A stretch of DNA of 63,172 nt, filler included, from Octopus bimaculoides (GCF_001194135.2; 9 parts of 8 records of this genome joined end to end with filler, not necessarily neighbours in it), one strand, 5' to 3'; counted from the whole stretch's first letter, positions 14,271 through 27,487 are shown. Numbers and translations are program-made. The notes: generated by a model from the letters alone, not told the origin.

Positions 14271-16239
14271 TGTTTACAATATACGCACTGCTTCTGATTC
14301 ATATTTAAATATATATATGTGTATGTATGTGTATATATATGTATGTATGTATGTATAATGAAGAAAATGAATACTTTAAAAGAGAAAGAGAGGGAGAGGA
14401 GAGAGAGGGAAAGAGTTTTATTGCTATAATATATATGTGTGTGCTACTCTGGAATTATGAACTTAAGGAAACAACAACGTAAAAGATCTCAAAAAGAAAA
14501 CACAGTTGCCATGCAACAGACATAAAGAGCGGTGGTGCCAGAGTAGGAGGAAGAAAAGTGAAATAAATAAATAAATAAATAAATAAATAAAGCTATTACA
14601 ATCTGAGTAGGTTGGTAAAGATTTCTATATCAATGCTGGGAGATTATTCCAAATGACTGAACTATANNNNNNNNNNNNNNNNNNNNNNNNNNNNNNNNNN
14701 NNNNNNNNNNNNNNNNNNNNNNNNNNNNNNNNNNNNNNNNNNNNNNNNNNNNNNNNNNNNNNNNNNNNNNNNNNNNNNNNNNNNNNNNNNNNNNNNNNNN
14801 NNNNNNNNNNNGCAAGTCCTTATGGTATATATGCACAGCAGTATGGAGGGTTTAGCTGGTTCTCTATATCAGGTCACCAGATAAAGGGTGGTGAGGAAAA
14901 AAGGGTAGGTTGTCTACTTGCTACTCATGTCTCCTAAAGAGGTCCACCACCCTGCTGTCCCCCCACCACACCTCCAGGACATAAGAATGTGTTCTTGTTT
15001 CTGTACTATACAATTCCTGAACATTATTTCCTACAAGTCAGAAATAAAGCATATGGTTTTGATCCCAGATCTCAGACACAGACACTCACCCACATGCACA
15101 CGCACGCACACACACACATGTGCGCACACACACACAATCTTTGCATCTTTGTGTTTAAAAGACCTCTTGTACATGACATCTGAACTATTTTCTTTTTAAA
15201 CTGATACTCTTTCCTCCTTGATATAGTGTGTGTGTGTGTGTGTGTGTGTGTAAGGAGAAAATCCATTAAATCTGAACACATGCAGGCGCATACATGTAGG
15301 CACAGTCATAGTTGTGTGATTAAGAAGTGTATTTTCCAACCATGAGTTTTCAGGTTCCATCTCACAGTGTGTCACATTGGTCAAGGGTCAATTAGACTTA
15401 TACGTAAAGTGTAGCCTGCGGGAATTTCTGAATGGTATGTCTGATTTCACAAGGAAAATAACTTAACGCATAATTATTTTGAAACACACATACATAAACT
15501 TGTTCCTTCCATCAGACTTAACCTTCTCTCACTACCTCACCTAAAATCATCATCATCACACACACACACACACAGTTATAGGGGTAATTTTCAGGTCCTT
15601 TAGTCCTGCTGGTTGCAAGATAACTTCATTAGTGGTGGAGCTGTGAGAACAAAAATAAGCCACCAGCACACTCTGTAAAGTGGTTGGCATAAGGGAGGAC
15701 ATCCAACCATAGTACTATATTCATCTAACCCATGATAGCATAGAATATTGGACATAAAACAAATGGATACACAACTCATACACATATATGTATGTGAAGG
15801 CATGTGACCTAGTGGTTATAGTGTTGCACTCATGAATGCTAGATTGTGGGTTTGATCTCTGGACAAGGCGGTGCCTTGTGTTCTTGAGCAAAACACTTCA
15901 TTTTATGAAGGAGTGAGCTAAAGTACAACACATACATTTGATTACTATAAACGAATCATTTCTTCAGGTTGTTCAGCATAAGTTGAACACCTATTGACTG
16001 TGTTCAATGGGAGATTACATATATATATATATGTATATATATATATNNNNNNNNNNNNNNNNNNNNNNNNNNNNNNNNNNNNNNNNNNNNNNNNNNNNNN
16101 NNNNNNNNNNNNNNNNNNNNNNNNNNNNNNNNNNNNNNNNNNNNNNNNNNNNNNNNNNNNNNNNNNNNNNNNNNNNNNNNNNNNNNNNNNNNNNNNNNNN
16201 NNNNNATATATATATATATAGTATCCAAAATGTACAGTA

Positions 16240-16870
16240 TTATATATCCATCATGGCTGATCTTACCAATCGGTTTTGTGCAAGGAATACAATGGAACAT
16301 TAGATAACCTTATGCTCATCAGAGTTAGCCAATATGGAAGGGTATATGGCGACTGCTCTCTATTGTCAGAGGTAGATCAACACATCTGTGAAAAAGGTGG
16401 TGAAACAAAAAAGGACCAGGAGATTAGGTTAGGAGTTATGCCCCTTGGTTGGTAAAGAAAACAGACTAATGAACACAATTAACTATACATATCTACACCA
16501 CTGGAAAAAATTATGCACATGAAACCACTACACATATCACACACCCCATCCCCAAAGGAGCACCACACTTAATAATGCACACTTTCCCCACAAACACTTC
16601 AAGATAACTATTTCCAGCCTTACAGCATACCCAACCAAGGAACATAACTCCTAACCTAATCCCCTGGCCCTTTTTCATTTCACCACCTTTTTCACAGCAG
16701 CTGCAAACTGGATGTGTTAATAACCCACTGACAATAAAGAGTAGTCACCATACTCCCTTCCATATTGGCTAACACTGATGAGCATAAGGTTATATAATTG
16801 GATTGTTACCTAACACTCCATTGTATTTCTGGTGTGAAACCAATTGGTAAGATCAGCTGTGATGGAGATG
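16240..16870. repeat. Long imperfect inverted repeat (fold-back)
   Basis: Arms at about 16240-16452 and 16632-16870, e.g. taaccttatgctcatcagagttagccaatatggaaggg versus cccttccatattggctaacactgatgagcataaggtta. Confidence 0.85.
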
Positions 16871-16884
16871 CACTCTACTGACAG

Positions 16885-16928
16885 ATATATGGGTGCATCT
16901 TTTCCCTGATTTATGGTCTCTTATACAA

Positions 16929-16961
<33 letters not shown>

Positions 16962-17305
16962 GTACACACATATCTGCGCAGTCGTCTCTCTTGCACACCA
17001 CATCTGATGCTTCCTAGGTCCAACTTTTCTCTCAAGGTACTTATACTCTGCTGAATATGCACATCCATCGGAGCATACTGGCTTCATTCCTTGCAAGCTT
17101 ATGCATGTCCTCAGCAGTCACGGCCCATGTTTCACTGCCATGTAGCATGGCTGTTCCTACACATGCGTCATACAGTCTACCTTTTACTCTGAGCAAGAGG
17201 CCCTTTGTCACCTGCAGAGGTAGGAGCTCTCTGAACTTTGCCCAGGCTATTCTTATTCTAGCAGCTACACTTTCAGAGCACCCACCCTCGCTACTGACTT
17301 GGTCA
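16885..17305 (-). mobile_element. RTE-type LINE fragment (post-RT region)
   Basis: SSEGGCSESVAARIRIAWAKFRELLPL...KGRLYDACVGTAMLHGSETWAVTAEDMHKLARNEASMLRWMC, then LREKLDLGSIRCGVQERRLR in another frame. Typical RTE C-terminal text. Confidence 0.85.
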
Positions 17306-17308
17306 TAC

Positions 17309-17352
<44 letters not shown>

Positions 17353-18638
17353 AGATATATACATCCTTTCCCGGTCGATGAAATAGTACCAATTAAATAC
17401 CGGGTTCAATCTAATTGACAAGCCCCCTCCTGCAAATTTCAGGCCTCAGAAAGAATTTTTAAGGCAACAAACAGACAGAATCATTAGACAAAATGAGTGG
17501 TATTTTGTCTGTCTTTACATTCTGAGTTCAAATTCTGCTGAAATAAGTATCAGTTGGGCACAGAGTCAATGTAATCGCCTAGTCCCCTCCCTCAAAAATT
17601 CAGGCATTGTGCCTATTGTAGGAAGGATGATTGTTATTATCATCATAATTGTTATTACCAATATGTACAGTAGCGGTAATGGTAGGCCATTGAGTTAGAT
17701 ACCATATAATATTTAATCTTGATAGAATTTCTGAGTTTAAATTCCCACTGGCATTAATTCCACCTTTTATCTACCCAGGGTCAATAAAATAATAGCATTT
17801 ATACACATGAACTCAGTTCAATTAACTAGACTCTTTCAGACAAATTTGTGGGTTCCTGCCAAAATAAAAAACAAACTTGTTACTACTACTACTACTGCTG
17901 CTGCTACTACCACCACTACTACTACCACTACTTGTTCTAAGTCCTCATGGGAATTAGTTCATTAACGAAGCTAAGGTTTTCAGAAAAGATATTGATGGTG
18001 AAACTTTCCATTTTCTCTCTCCTGAAACTATATGGCTTCATGCCTAATTAAAACATAATTAATATTGCCATTATTATTATTTTAGTATCTATTATTATTT
18101 TTAATATTATTATATTTACCCCTCCTCCTAAAATACATTTGTGCTAAGTCAAAAAAGAAATTTACCATATTACATCTTACAGATTCTAGCCCCTTCACAA
18201 AAAAACAAAAAACAAAAAAAAAACAGTAACAAACAAAAAGACCCTGCTCCAGAAATATGCCTTATGTCTATTGTAGGATTATAAAGTTGGTGTTGGGAAC
18301 ATAAATTAACATGGAGATTTGAGGGTAGGATTTCATTTCGAACTTTTTAAAACAATAAGTTTATATCACAGTACCAGAGACAGTTTCAGGTTGGTTGGTT
18401 GGTATGAAAAGAAATCTGCTTCTCAACAACATGGTTCTGGGTTCAACCCCATTGCATGGCACCTTGGGAAAGTGTCAATTATAGTGACCCCAGTACCCAA
18501 CTGGTACTTATTTTAACAACACTGAAAGGATGAAAGATAAAGGTAACCCAGGTGGAATTTGAACTCAGAACATAAAGATGGACAAAATACCACTAAGCAT
18601 TTTGTCTGGCATACTAACAATTCTGCCAGTTTGCCACC

Positions 18639-18694
<56 letters not shown>

Positions 18695-19040
18695 GACAAC
18701 GTTTCCCTAAAAGAAATGGAGAAACTTTCAAAATACAAAGACCTGGAAATAGAGGTAACTCGAATGTGGAATCTAAAAACAGAATCAATTCCTATCATAG
18801 TAGGCGCCTTAGGTATAATAAAAAAAATATTCAGACAAATACATAACAAAAACACCAGGACTTACAAATATAAATAACATTCAGAAAATTGCACTACTGG
18901 GTACTGCACACATCCTACGCAAAACACTTTCAATACAGTAACCATAAGAACATCACAGCAAACCACAGCACATACCCAAGGCACACAGAGCTGTGCTCAG
19001 TAGTGAAGTGAAAGCACGTTATAAAAATAAAACTACTGAA
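18695..19040 (+). mobile_element. R4/Dong-like (restriction-like endonuclease) non-LTR retrotransposon, 5'-truncated 3' end
   Basis: DNVSLKEMEKLSKYKDLEIEVTRMWNLKTESIPIIVGALG...IQKIALLGTAHILRKTLSIQ*, with one extra A in a poly-A run. The KE.EK..KY..L and ALLGTAHILR motifs match the RLE C-terminus. Flanked by (TAA)n on both sides. Confidence 0.8.
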
Positions 19041-19104
19041 TGATAATAATAATAATAAAAATAAAACTACTGAATGATAATAATAATAATAATAAAAATA
19101 ATAA

Positions 19105-19785
19105 TAATCCTTTCTACTAAAGGCACAAGGCCTGAAATTTGGAGGAGGGAGATAGTCGATTACATCAAACCCAGTACTCAGATGGTACTTATTTTATCAA
19201 CCCTGAAAGAATGAAAGGCAAAATCAACCTCAGTGGAATTTGAACTCAGAATGTAAGACGACAAAATGTTGCTAAGCATTTTTCCTAGCGTGCTAACAAT
19301 TCTGCCAGTTTGCCATCTTGTATAATAATAATAATTATAATCCTTCCTACTGGAGGCACAAGGCCTCAAATTTGAGGGGAGAGGACTAATCGATTACATC
19401 GATCCCCGTGTTTCACTAGTATTTAATTCATCAACCTCGAAAGGATGAAAGGCAAAGTCAACCCCAGCAGAATTTGAACTCAGAACATAGCAGCTGATGA
19501 AATACCATTAAGCATTTTGCTTGGCGGGCTAATGATTCTGCCAGCTCACTGCCTTAATAATAATAATAATAATCCTTTCTACTAAAGGTGCAAGGCTTGA
19601 AATTTTGGGGGAGGGGACTAGTTGATAACATCGACCCCAGTGCTATACTGGTACTTAATTTATTGACCTGAAAAGGACGAAAGGCCAAGTCAACCTCAGT
19701 GGAATTTGAACTCAGAATGTAGCGACCGATGAAATACCACTAAGCATTTCGCTTTGTGTGCTAACAATCCTGCCAGCTCGCAGCC

Positions 19786-19790
<5 letters not shown>
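19105..19790 (-). mobile_element. Three head-to-tail family A SINEs separated by (TAA)n
   Basis: Repeating unit of about 215 bp: aatcctttctact...ggcacaagg...gaaaggatgaaaggc...gaatttgaactcagaa...gccagctc..gcctt. Confidence 0.85.
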
Positions 19791-19847
<57 letters not shown>

Positions 19848-20525
19848 TTTTTACACCTATGCAAGAATACAGATTTATAATTGAATGAAGGGAGAGCTCA
19901 ACTGTCCAGTTTCCAAGAGATGGTTGGCTGGCTCCCCAACTTTTGTACAGTCGAATGGCTCCCTTCACTTGTAGACTGACAATAGTGGGAACAGGAGTAC
20001 ATCACTCTGCCTAACATAGTTATACCTTTATGAGATACTATTACATTTTTGCTTTATCTTTTGTATTATTATTTTACTTATACTTCAATATTTTTATAAT
20101 ATTTTCTCTAAGAAACACACCCGTATTTTGTGGTTTTGTTTGAAGTTCTCATAACAAATAAAGAGAGCATTATCGTCACTATCAATATTATTGTTATTGT
20201 TGTTGCTGTTGTTGTTATGATAATTCCCTGACATTTTAAAACATGTGGTACTTAAGGGGTTCTGTCGTGAGACATGGGAATACAAGTGGGGGGAAAGGAA
20301 GAAAATGAGTTGTAGGAAAATGGAATGCATTCCTATTTTCATGTTAAAAATACACATAAAAATGTAACAGACACACACAGACACATTCATTTGTATACAT
20401 ATGCACACACATATATATATATACATACATATACACACACATGTACAGACATATACATGCAGGTATAGAAATATATGCACACACATGCAGACTATACAAA
20501 CAAAAGCATACTTATACAAATACTG

Positions 20526-20563
<38 letters not shown>

Positions 20564-21043
20564 TGCTGACAGACAGACAGACTGATACATTCTGACATAA
20601 ATATAAAGTCACAAGCAAAAAAATTCTTAACACTTGAGAATAGGGGTCACCTAAATATTTAGTAAGGGATATTTTAGGGAGTAATAACAGATGAAATCTT
20701 ACAGAAGCATCCAGGAAGGGGGATAGAATCAAGTTTACTGCTCACTATTCTAAGCTTAAATCTGGTTAATGATTCCTAGATGACAAAGAGAGGGAATGGA
20801 ATGGGAGTATACATATTGAGAATGTGTTGAGGTTTCATTCAATTTCCTCAGCATCTATCCTTATAAAATAGACCCCATTTGGTTTCTGTTCCCCAAATTT
20901 CATAGCATTTTGTAGAGTTTATTCATTCAAAACATGACTGTCGCTTTTCCAAGTTTCTCACATTCATGTATGTGTATATGTATATACATGTATATGAGTG
21001 CCACCCATGGAACACAGACGTTAAATGATGATGAAATGATGAT

Positions 21044-21086
<43 letters not shown>

Positions 21087-21320
21087 AGACTCCTTATTTT
21101 GACACTGTGTGATAGTTGGAAACAAGTGTCACTGCCATACAAGCAGTGTTCCTTGTTTCCAATCTTCTGTAAAAACATGTCAAGCCATGGGGAAACATTA
21201 CCTTACTTGGAAATAAGTGAGGGTTGACATCTAGCCAAAGAAAATCTGCCTCAATGAATTCTGTCCAACCCATGCAAGCACGGAAAAATAGATGTTAAAT
21301 GATGATGATGATGATGTATA

Positions 21321-21352
<32 letters not shown>

Positions 21353-21639
21353 AAGCACTTAAAAGCACCCACTACACTCTCGGAGTGGTTGGCATTAGGA
21401 AGGGCATCCAGCTGTAGAAACTCTGCCAAATCAGATTGGAGCCTGGTGTCGCCTCCTGGTCCACCAGTCCTCAGTCAAATCGTCCAACCCATGCTAGCAT
21501 GGAAAGCGAACATTAAACAACGATGATGATGATCATGATATATATATATATATATATATATAATGCAAATGGCTGAAATTAGATTCCCCCAAAGGACTGC
21601 TGGAGTAATGTAGCTCAACAGGATACCTAGTTCAGATAT

Positions 21640-21915
21640 CAGAGAGTCACTACAGGTCTTTCCACTACTTCTGTGCATTGAGAGGTCACAGCTCTGGAGC
21701 TAGACATGAGATTAGAATGTCATAAGACAGATTCTTCAAGCCAAGCCAACTGACAGGAGACCTACAAGTAGACAACTATTTAGATGGTTGGATAAAATCC
21801 ATAACCTCAGTTGGTCATGCTTGTGAATCTAGCCATGTAATGACAGTTGCTTTTGATAGGACCCAATGGAAGAGTCACCTGAGGACTCTACCCACCACAA
21901 CCATCTCAGGAATAG
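21640..21915 (+). mobile_element. Degenerate RTE-like LINE 3' end
   Basis: Broken frames give RWLDKIHNLSWSCL...MTVAFDRTQWKSHLRTLPTTT, resembling RTE C-termini (RPRTRWLD..DR..W). Confidence 0.55.
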
Positions 21916-22087
21916 TGGGTAGAGAAAATGGATAGATGGAAGGATACACATATTCTTTAACTCATTTTAGCTATTGGATTGAAGGGTACCATCTTCAAGT
22001 GAGTATCAGATAACATTGACATTAGTACTTATTTTACTGACCTTGTTAGCATGAAAAATAAAGTAGATCTGCACAGGATTTGAACTC

Positions 22088-22397
22088 AAGTGCCACACCC
22101 TAACAGTTGAGGGAACCCGTGGAAGAGGTAGGCCCAGGAAGACCTGGGCTGAGGTGGTGAGGCAAGACCTTCGTACATTGGGCCTCACCGAGGCGATGAC
22201 TACGGACCGAGACCTTTGGAAATGGGCTGTGCGTGAGAAGACCCGGCAAGCCAAGTAAGATCGTTGCCAGTGCCCCTGGACTGGTTCTTGTGCGGGTGGC
22301 ACATGAGATGCACCATTTTGAGCGTGGCCGTTGCCAGTACCGCCTGACTGGCTCCTGTAGGATTTTCGAGCGAGATCGTTGCCAGTGCCCCTGGACT
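22088..22397 (+). mobile_element. RTE-type LINE 3' end with UTR
   Basis: Manual translation KCHTLTVEGTRGRGRPRKTWAEVVRQDLRTLGLTEAMTTDRDLWKWAVREKTRQAK*, containing the RTE G.R.RGRPRKTW motif. Confidence 0.85.
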
Positions 22398-23150
22398 NNN
22401 NNNNNNNNNNNNNNNNNNNNNNNNNNNNNNNNNNNNNNNNNNNNNNNNNNNNNNNNNNNNNNNNNNNNNNNNNNNNNNNNNNNNNNNNNNNNNNNNNNNN
22501 NNNNNNNNNNNNNNNNNNNNNNNNNNNNNNNNNNNNNNNNNNNNNNNNNNNNNNNNNNNNNNNNNNNNNNNNNNNNNNNNNNNNNNNNNNNNNNNNNNNN
22601 NNNNNNNNNNNNNNNNNNNNNNNNNNNNNNNNNNNNNNNNNNNNNNNNNNNNNNNNNNNNNNNNNNNNNNNNNGATGATGATGATGATGATGATGACAGC
22701 TGAATACTACAAGGTATTTTTCGTTGACCAATTTTGCCCTTTCATATAGACTACCATACTGCCCCCTACACAAATAACGACCAGTATAACAACATCTGTT
22801 GTACTGAATGCAGGATTTATTTCTTACAGACTTCATTTTTTTTTTTTTAGATTGTATGCAGGAGCTAAAAATAGGAAGCAAGAGAGAAGGTGGTGGTGTT
22901 GGCGGTGGTTGTAGTGGTATTGACAGTAAAGAAGAGTCATGTTGGTTGTTTCAGATGGTAGTAATGGGGGTAGTAGTTGTGCTGCAGCTGCTTGTTGTGG
23001 CTGGCTGAGGCGGAAGTGGTGGCTGCAGTAATTGGTTAAAATGGTAATAGTGATTGTAATGGTAGTTTTGGTGGCAGTGGTGGTGGTTGTAATGGCTGGT
23101 TGAAATGGTAATGGTGGCTGTTGTAGCTGGTTGAGATGGTAGTGGTGATT

Positions 23151-23353
23151 TTAACCTTTAGCATTTAAACTGGTCATATCCAACCAAAATAATCTTCAAC
23201 TGACCAGATCTGGCCTCTCACACTTACCCGACAATATTATTGCAATCACATCATTGAAATCGCAAAGCTACAAAGTAATGCGTGTCTAATTCATATTAAT
23301 GTGAATAAATAAGCATTAGATTTGACAGAGAAATCTAAATGCTAAAAGGTTAA
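23151..23353. mobile_element. piggyBac-type MITE (about 200 bp)
   Basis: TTAA at both ends, with TIRs CCTTTAGCATTTA...TAAATGCTAAAAGG. Confidence 0.75.
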
Positions 23354-24411
23354 TGGTGATTTTGGTTGCAGTGGTGGTAGGTGTGGTGTTAGTTTTGATA
23401 GTAGTAGCAGCAATGATGTGGGTAGTAGCGATTGTGATAGTAGACTACAGCATGAAAAGTGAATGTTTCATCTCCATCCCATCTTGGAACATGCCTAGTT
23501 GTCTGCACTGTCATTATATTTATACAATTTTCTCCAAACTGGCTGCACCTCCACCCCCCCAGTATCTCTCATCGACTTTCTGTCTTAACCACACAGCTAT
23601 GTCAGCATGTATAATAAAATTATTATACATACATGCATATATTATATACAAATAATTATCATAAAGTCATTTGTATATATTAACCTATTTAGCATTATTT
23701 CTTGCAGAACCCTTAGTGAACGCTTGTGGAACTCTGGGGTTCTCAGAAAACCCTGGTTGACAAACATTGATCTATAGAATAACAATAATGTTCATATGTG
23801 TCATATTGTACTGAGATGCATGATATATCAATAGCTCGGTTTATTTTGTTTGTGTGTTTTATGTCATATGAATGACAACCAACTAAAATATGACTCACAC
23901 ACAAAGCAATAATTTTTAACAAATATGTCACATGACTACAATCAAAACAGTTTCACTTTATCACAAATGAAAGGATATAAAAACTGGTCTTGGTTTTTCC
24001 AAAAAATGTGTTGCACAACTAACTCAGCAACAATCTGGTTCACTACAGACTTTAATTTCATGTGATTACAATTTTCAACTGATATATATATATATATATA
24101 NNNNNNNNNNNNNNNNNNNNNNNNNNNNNNNNNNNNNNNNNNNNNNNNNNNNNNNNNNNNNNNNNNNNNNNNNNNNNNNNNNNNNNNNNNNNNNNNNNNN
24201 NNNNNNNNNNNNNNNNNNNNNNNNNNNNNNNNNNNNNNNNNNNNNNNNNNNNNNNNNNNNNNNNNNNNNNNNNNNNNNNNNNNNNNNNNNNNNNNNNNNN
24301 NNNNNNNNNNNNNNNNNNNNNNNNNNNNNNNNNNNNNNNNNNNNNNNNNNNNNNNNNNNNNNNNNNNNNNNNNNNNNNNNNNNNNNNNNNNNNNNNNNNN
24401 NNNNNNNNNNN

Positions 24412-24467
<56 letters not shown>

Positions 24468-24914
24468 GACATATTTATGGTACACACACACACATGCAGG
24501 CATGTATACATTTATTACAAACAACATTACTAGGTAGAGTAGCAGAGATGGTAGAGTAGTAAACAAAATGTGTCACATCATTTAGCTGTATACATACATA
24601 GTATGTCCCCTGGACTCATGGGCCGATTATCCAGTTTCCATGGCACCAAGATCATGACATTCCTCCTGAATGGAACACCTGATCATCATAAGGTTATACA
24701 TTTACAACTGAGTGATCTGGAGCAATATGAAATGAAGTGTTTTGCTCAAGAACATAGCACACAGCCATCAACAACAATCATGAGTGCAATACTCAAATCA
24801 CTAGGCCACACGCCTCCACCAACATTTAGTTATACTGAGTTCAAATCCTGGTGGGTTTTTATTTCTGCTTTACATTATCTCTCTAGAGTTTATTAATCTC
24901 TTTTTTTTTTTTAA

Positions 24915-25100
24915 TCAGGAAGGAAGGCAGTGCTCATGACCCTTTTAAGGGTTTCCAAGCCTAGTGAAAGGAAATGGGGAAGATCTGCCCTGAGTGCTTG
25001 TAGATGTCTTTTGTGGAGTCCACAGGAGGCTCCATTAAAGACGCTCAAGGAAATTTGTGGTGGCATTATATCAGGTAGCATGTTAAGTCTACCACCCAAG
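24915..25100 (-). mobile_element. Possible degenerate LINE 3' fragment
   Basis: LPDIMPPQISLSVFNGASCGLHKRHLQAL loosely resembles CR1/Jockey-group ORF2 ends. Weak evidence. Confidence 0.25.
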
Positions 25101-25574
25101 TAGGTTGATGGTGGGATTTGAAGCTAGAACACAAAGAGCCTGAATAAATACTGTAAAGCTACTGGTCCAATATTCTCACAGTTCTACCAATCAACTGCCT
25201 TGTATTGGTACACTTTTGTTGATTATGGAAGGATCAAAGACAAAACTAAGATTTGAACTCAGAGCATAGGTACTTGAAGCAAATACTGCAAGGCATTCTC
25301 CCTGATTCACTGAAGACACTGCTACTTCATCACCTGAAGTAAATGAAATATGTAGTAGTCATCTACTGGAGGTAAATCAGTCAAATTATGCTACAATTTG
25401 TAGTGATGTTTACCACAAAGACTTGAAAATCTCAAAATCATTTCTTTACTGTTTTATGGTAAAAGGTCATTTCTCTCTTCACAAAAGCACAATGTTATAT
25501 AGTGTACAACAAGGCACCACTTTGCGGGTGTGGGTGGGGTGGGGGGTATTTCTTTTGTTACTTATAATGTCAGA

Positions 25575-25960
25575 TACAAACAAAAGGCAGACAAATATGG
25601 ACAGAAATGCAGACAGATATGGGCAGAAATGCAGACAGGAATGGGCAGAAATGCAGACAGGAATGGGCAGAAATGCAGACAGGAATGGGCAGAAACATAG
25701 ACAGGTATGGAAAGGAATGTAGACAGATGTGGGCAGAAATGTAGACAGATATGGGCAGAAATGTAGACAGATATGGGCAGAAATGTAGACAGATGTGGGC
25801 ANNNNNNNNNNCAGATATGGAGAGAAATGTAGACAAATATGGGCAGAAATGTAGACAGATATGGAGAGAAATGTAGACAGATATGGGCAGAAATGTAGCC
25901 AGATATGGAGAGAAATATAGACCAATATGGAGAGAAATGTAAACAGATATGGTCAGAAAT
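25575..25960. repeat. 22-bp minisatellite
   Basis: Unit of about cagaaatgtagacagatatggg repeated roughly 17 times with variants. It explains the three overlapping repetitive ORFs here. Confidence 0.9.
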
Positions 25961-26339
25961 GCTCAGCAATTACACAGATAGTAGTCAATAAATGCATGAA
26001 ATCAGAAAAAGCGAAGCCATCCACATACTTGAACAATATATATGTATTGTAAATGACAAGGCAAATATCAATAGTGTGTCTTCAATGCATTAAAATTCAA
26101 TGACTATCGTTATGGATGAAAAACTGAGAATATGGTGCTTTATTTTGCATATAACAAAGAAATAATCCTGAATACTGAACCTGTTTGTGAAATAGGTGGA
26201 GTTGTTCTGGTTAATAACACATGCATAATATATGCAGACACATATACATAGACACACACACACACACGCAGATATATATGCATAGATACATACACACACA
26301 CACACACACATATATATGTATATATATATATATATATAG

Positions 26340-26588
26340 ATACAGTAATGAATTCCGGGTAGAGGTAGGGGTCCACCAAGGTTCCGTCCTCAGCCCCCTC
26401 CTATTTATCATAGTCCTCCAGGCGATCACAGAGGAATTCAAGACAGGTTGCCCCTGGGAGCTCCTCTATGCTGATGACCTTGCACTAATTGCGCAGTCAC
26501 TATCAGAACTAGAGGAGAAGTTTAAGGTGTGGAGCAAGGACTAGAATCGAAGGGCCTTAGAGTCAACCTAGCAAAAACCAAAATCCTA
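26340..26588 (+). mobile_element. RTE-type LINE RT core fragment
   Basis: VGVHQGSVLSPLLFIIVLQAITEEFKTGCPWELLYADDLALIA contains the QG..LSP and YADD motifs. Ends at an assembly join. Confidence 0.92.
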
Positions 26589-27163
26589 NNNNNNNNNNNN
26601 NNNNNNNNNNNNNNNNNNNNNNNNNNNNNNNNTTAATTAATTAANNNNNNNNNNNNNNNNNNNNNNNNNNNNNNNNNNNNNNNNNNNNATATATATATTT
26701 ATACATATATGTATATATATGTGTGTATATATATATATATCTTCACATGTAATACAATATCATTCTAGCTACTGTTTAGTATTTTTTAAAGATTTAAATA
26801 TTTTAGTTCGTTTTATCAAAACTACTCTTTGGCCCATCAACATGAAGAATTCATTCTAAACGAAATTTATTCAAATATTGTCTTTAATTACTTTTTTTTT
26901 CTCATTGAAAAATGTCTTTTGATTCATTTAGCGGTCCTTTGATACTCTGCGATATGGCGTTTTATACATTTGGTTTCAGTTGGTTTCTGTTCGACTTGTA
27001 TTCCTTAAGCACAGGGATTATCTTTCGTTAGATAATAGGTGCTCGCTCTATTGGCAATTGTTCTACTACGATTTGGTAACAGTTCTTCCAGTTCCAAGTT
27101 TGAGAACAATTGCTTTAGTCAGCGCGAAGTATCGTAGTTTGACAAAGGCCGCCATATTAATGG

Positions 27164-27487
27164 TCATTTGGACACAGGTTCGTCGCTCTCTAGATCTATA
27201 TAACTGTGCTGTGCTTGGTCCTGCTGTTGCTGCTGTTGATGTTTTTGATGTGGTTGGTGCCGTTGTTGTTGTTGTTGTTCTTGTTGTTGTGGCGGCTGTT
27301 GTGACTGCTGTGGTGGCTGTTGTGTTTGTGGTTGCTGTTGTTGAGGATGTTGCTGCTGCTGCTGCTGCTGCTGCTGTTGTTGTTGTTGCTGGTTGAGACG
27401 AGACTCAGGAGAAGTGACATGATCACTTTTACTTGGTGTCTCGAATCGACTTTCGTAGACCACCTCAACTATTTTCGACGATGTAAC
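27164..27487 (-). CDS. Vsx: Probable continuation of the Vsx last exon: Gln-rich C-terminal tail
   Basis: The only frame open from the gap edge for more than a few codons: VTSSKIVEVVYESRFETPSKSDHVTSPESRLNQQQ...HSYIDLESDEPVSK*. It is in frame with the OAR part if the 131-N gap is really 130 +/- 3n nt. Confidence 0.5.
   Translation of the reverse strand, partial: VTSSKIVEVVYESRFETPSKSDHVTSPESRLNQQQQQQQQQQQQQQHPQQQQPQTQQPPQQSQQPPQQQEQQQQQRHQPHQKHQQQQQQDQAQHSYIDLESDEPVSK

Noticed and set aside
19105-19790. Regularly spaced repeats that might suggest a CRISPR-like array
   Set aside because: The units are SINEs of about 215 bp with microsatellite spacers in a eukaryotic genome. There are no unique spacers or cas genes.
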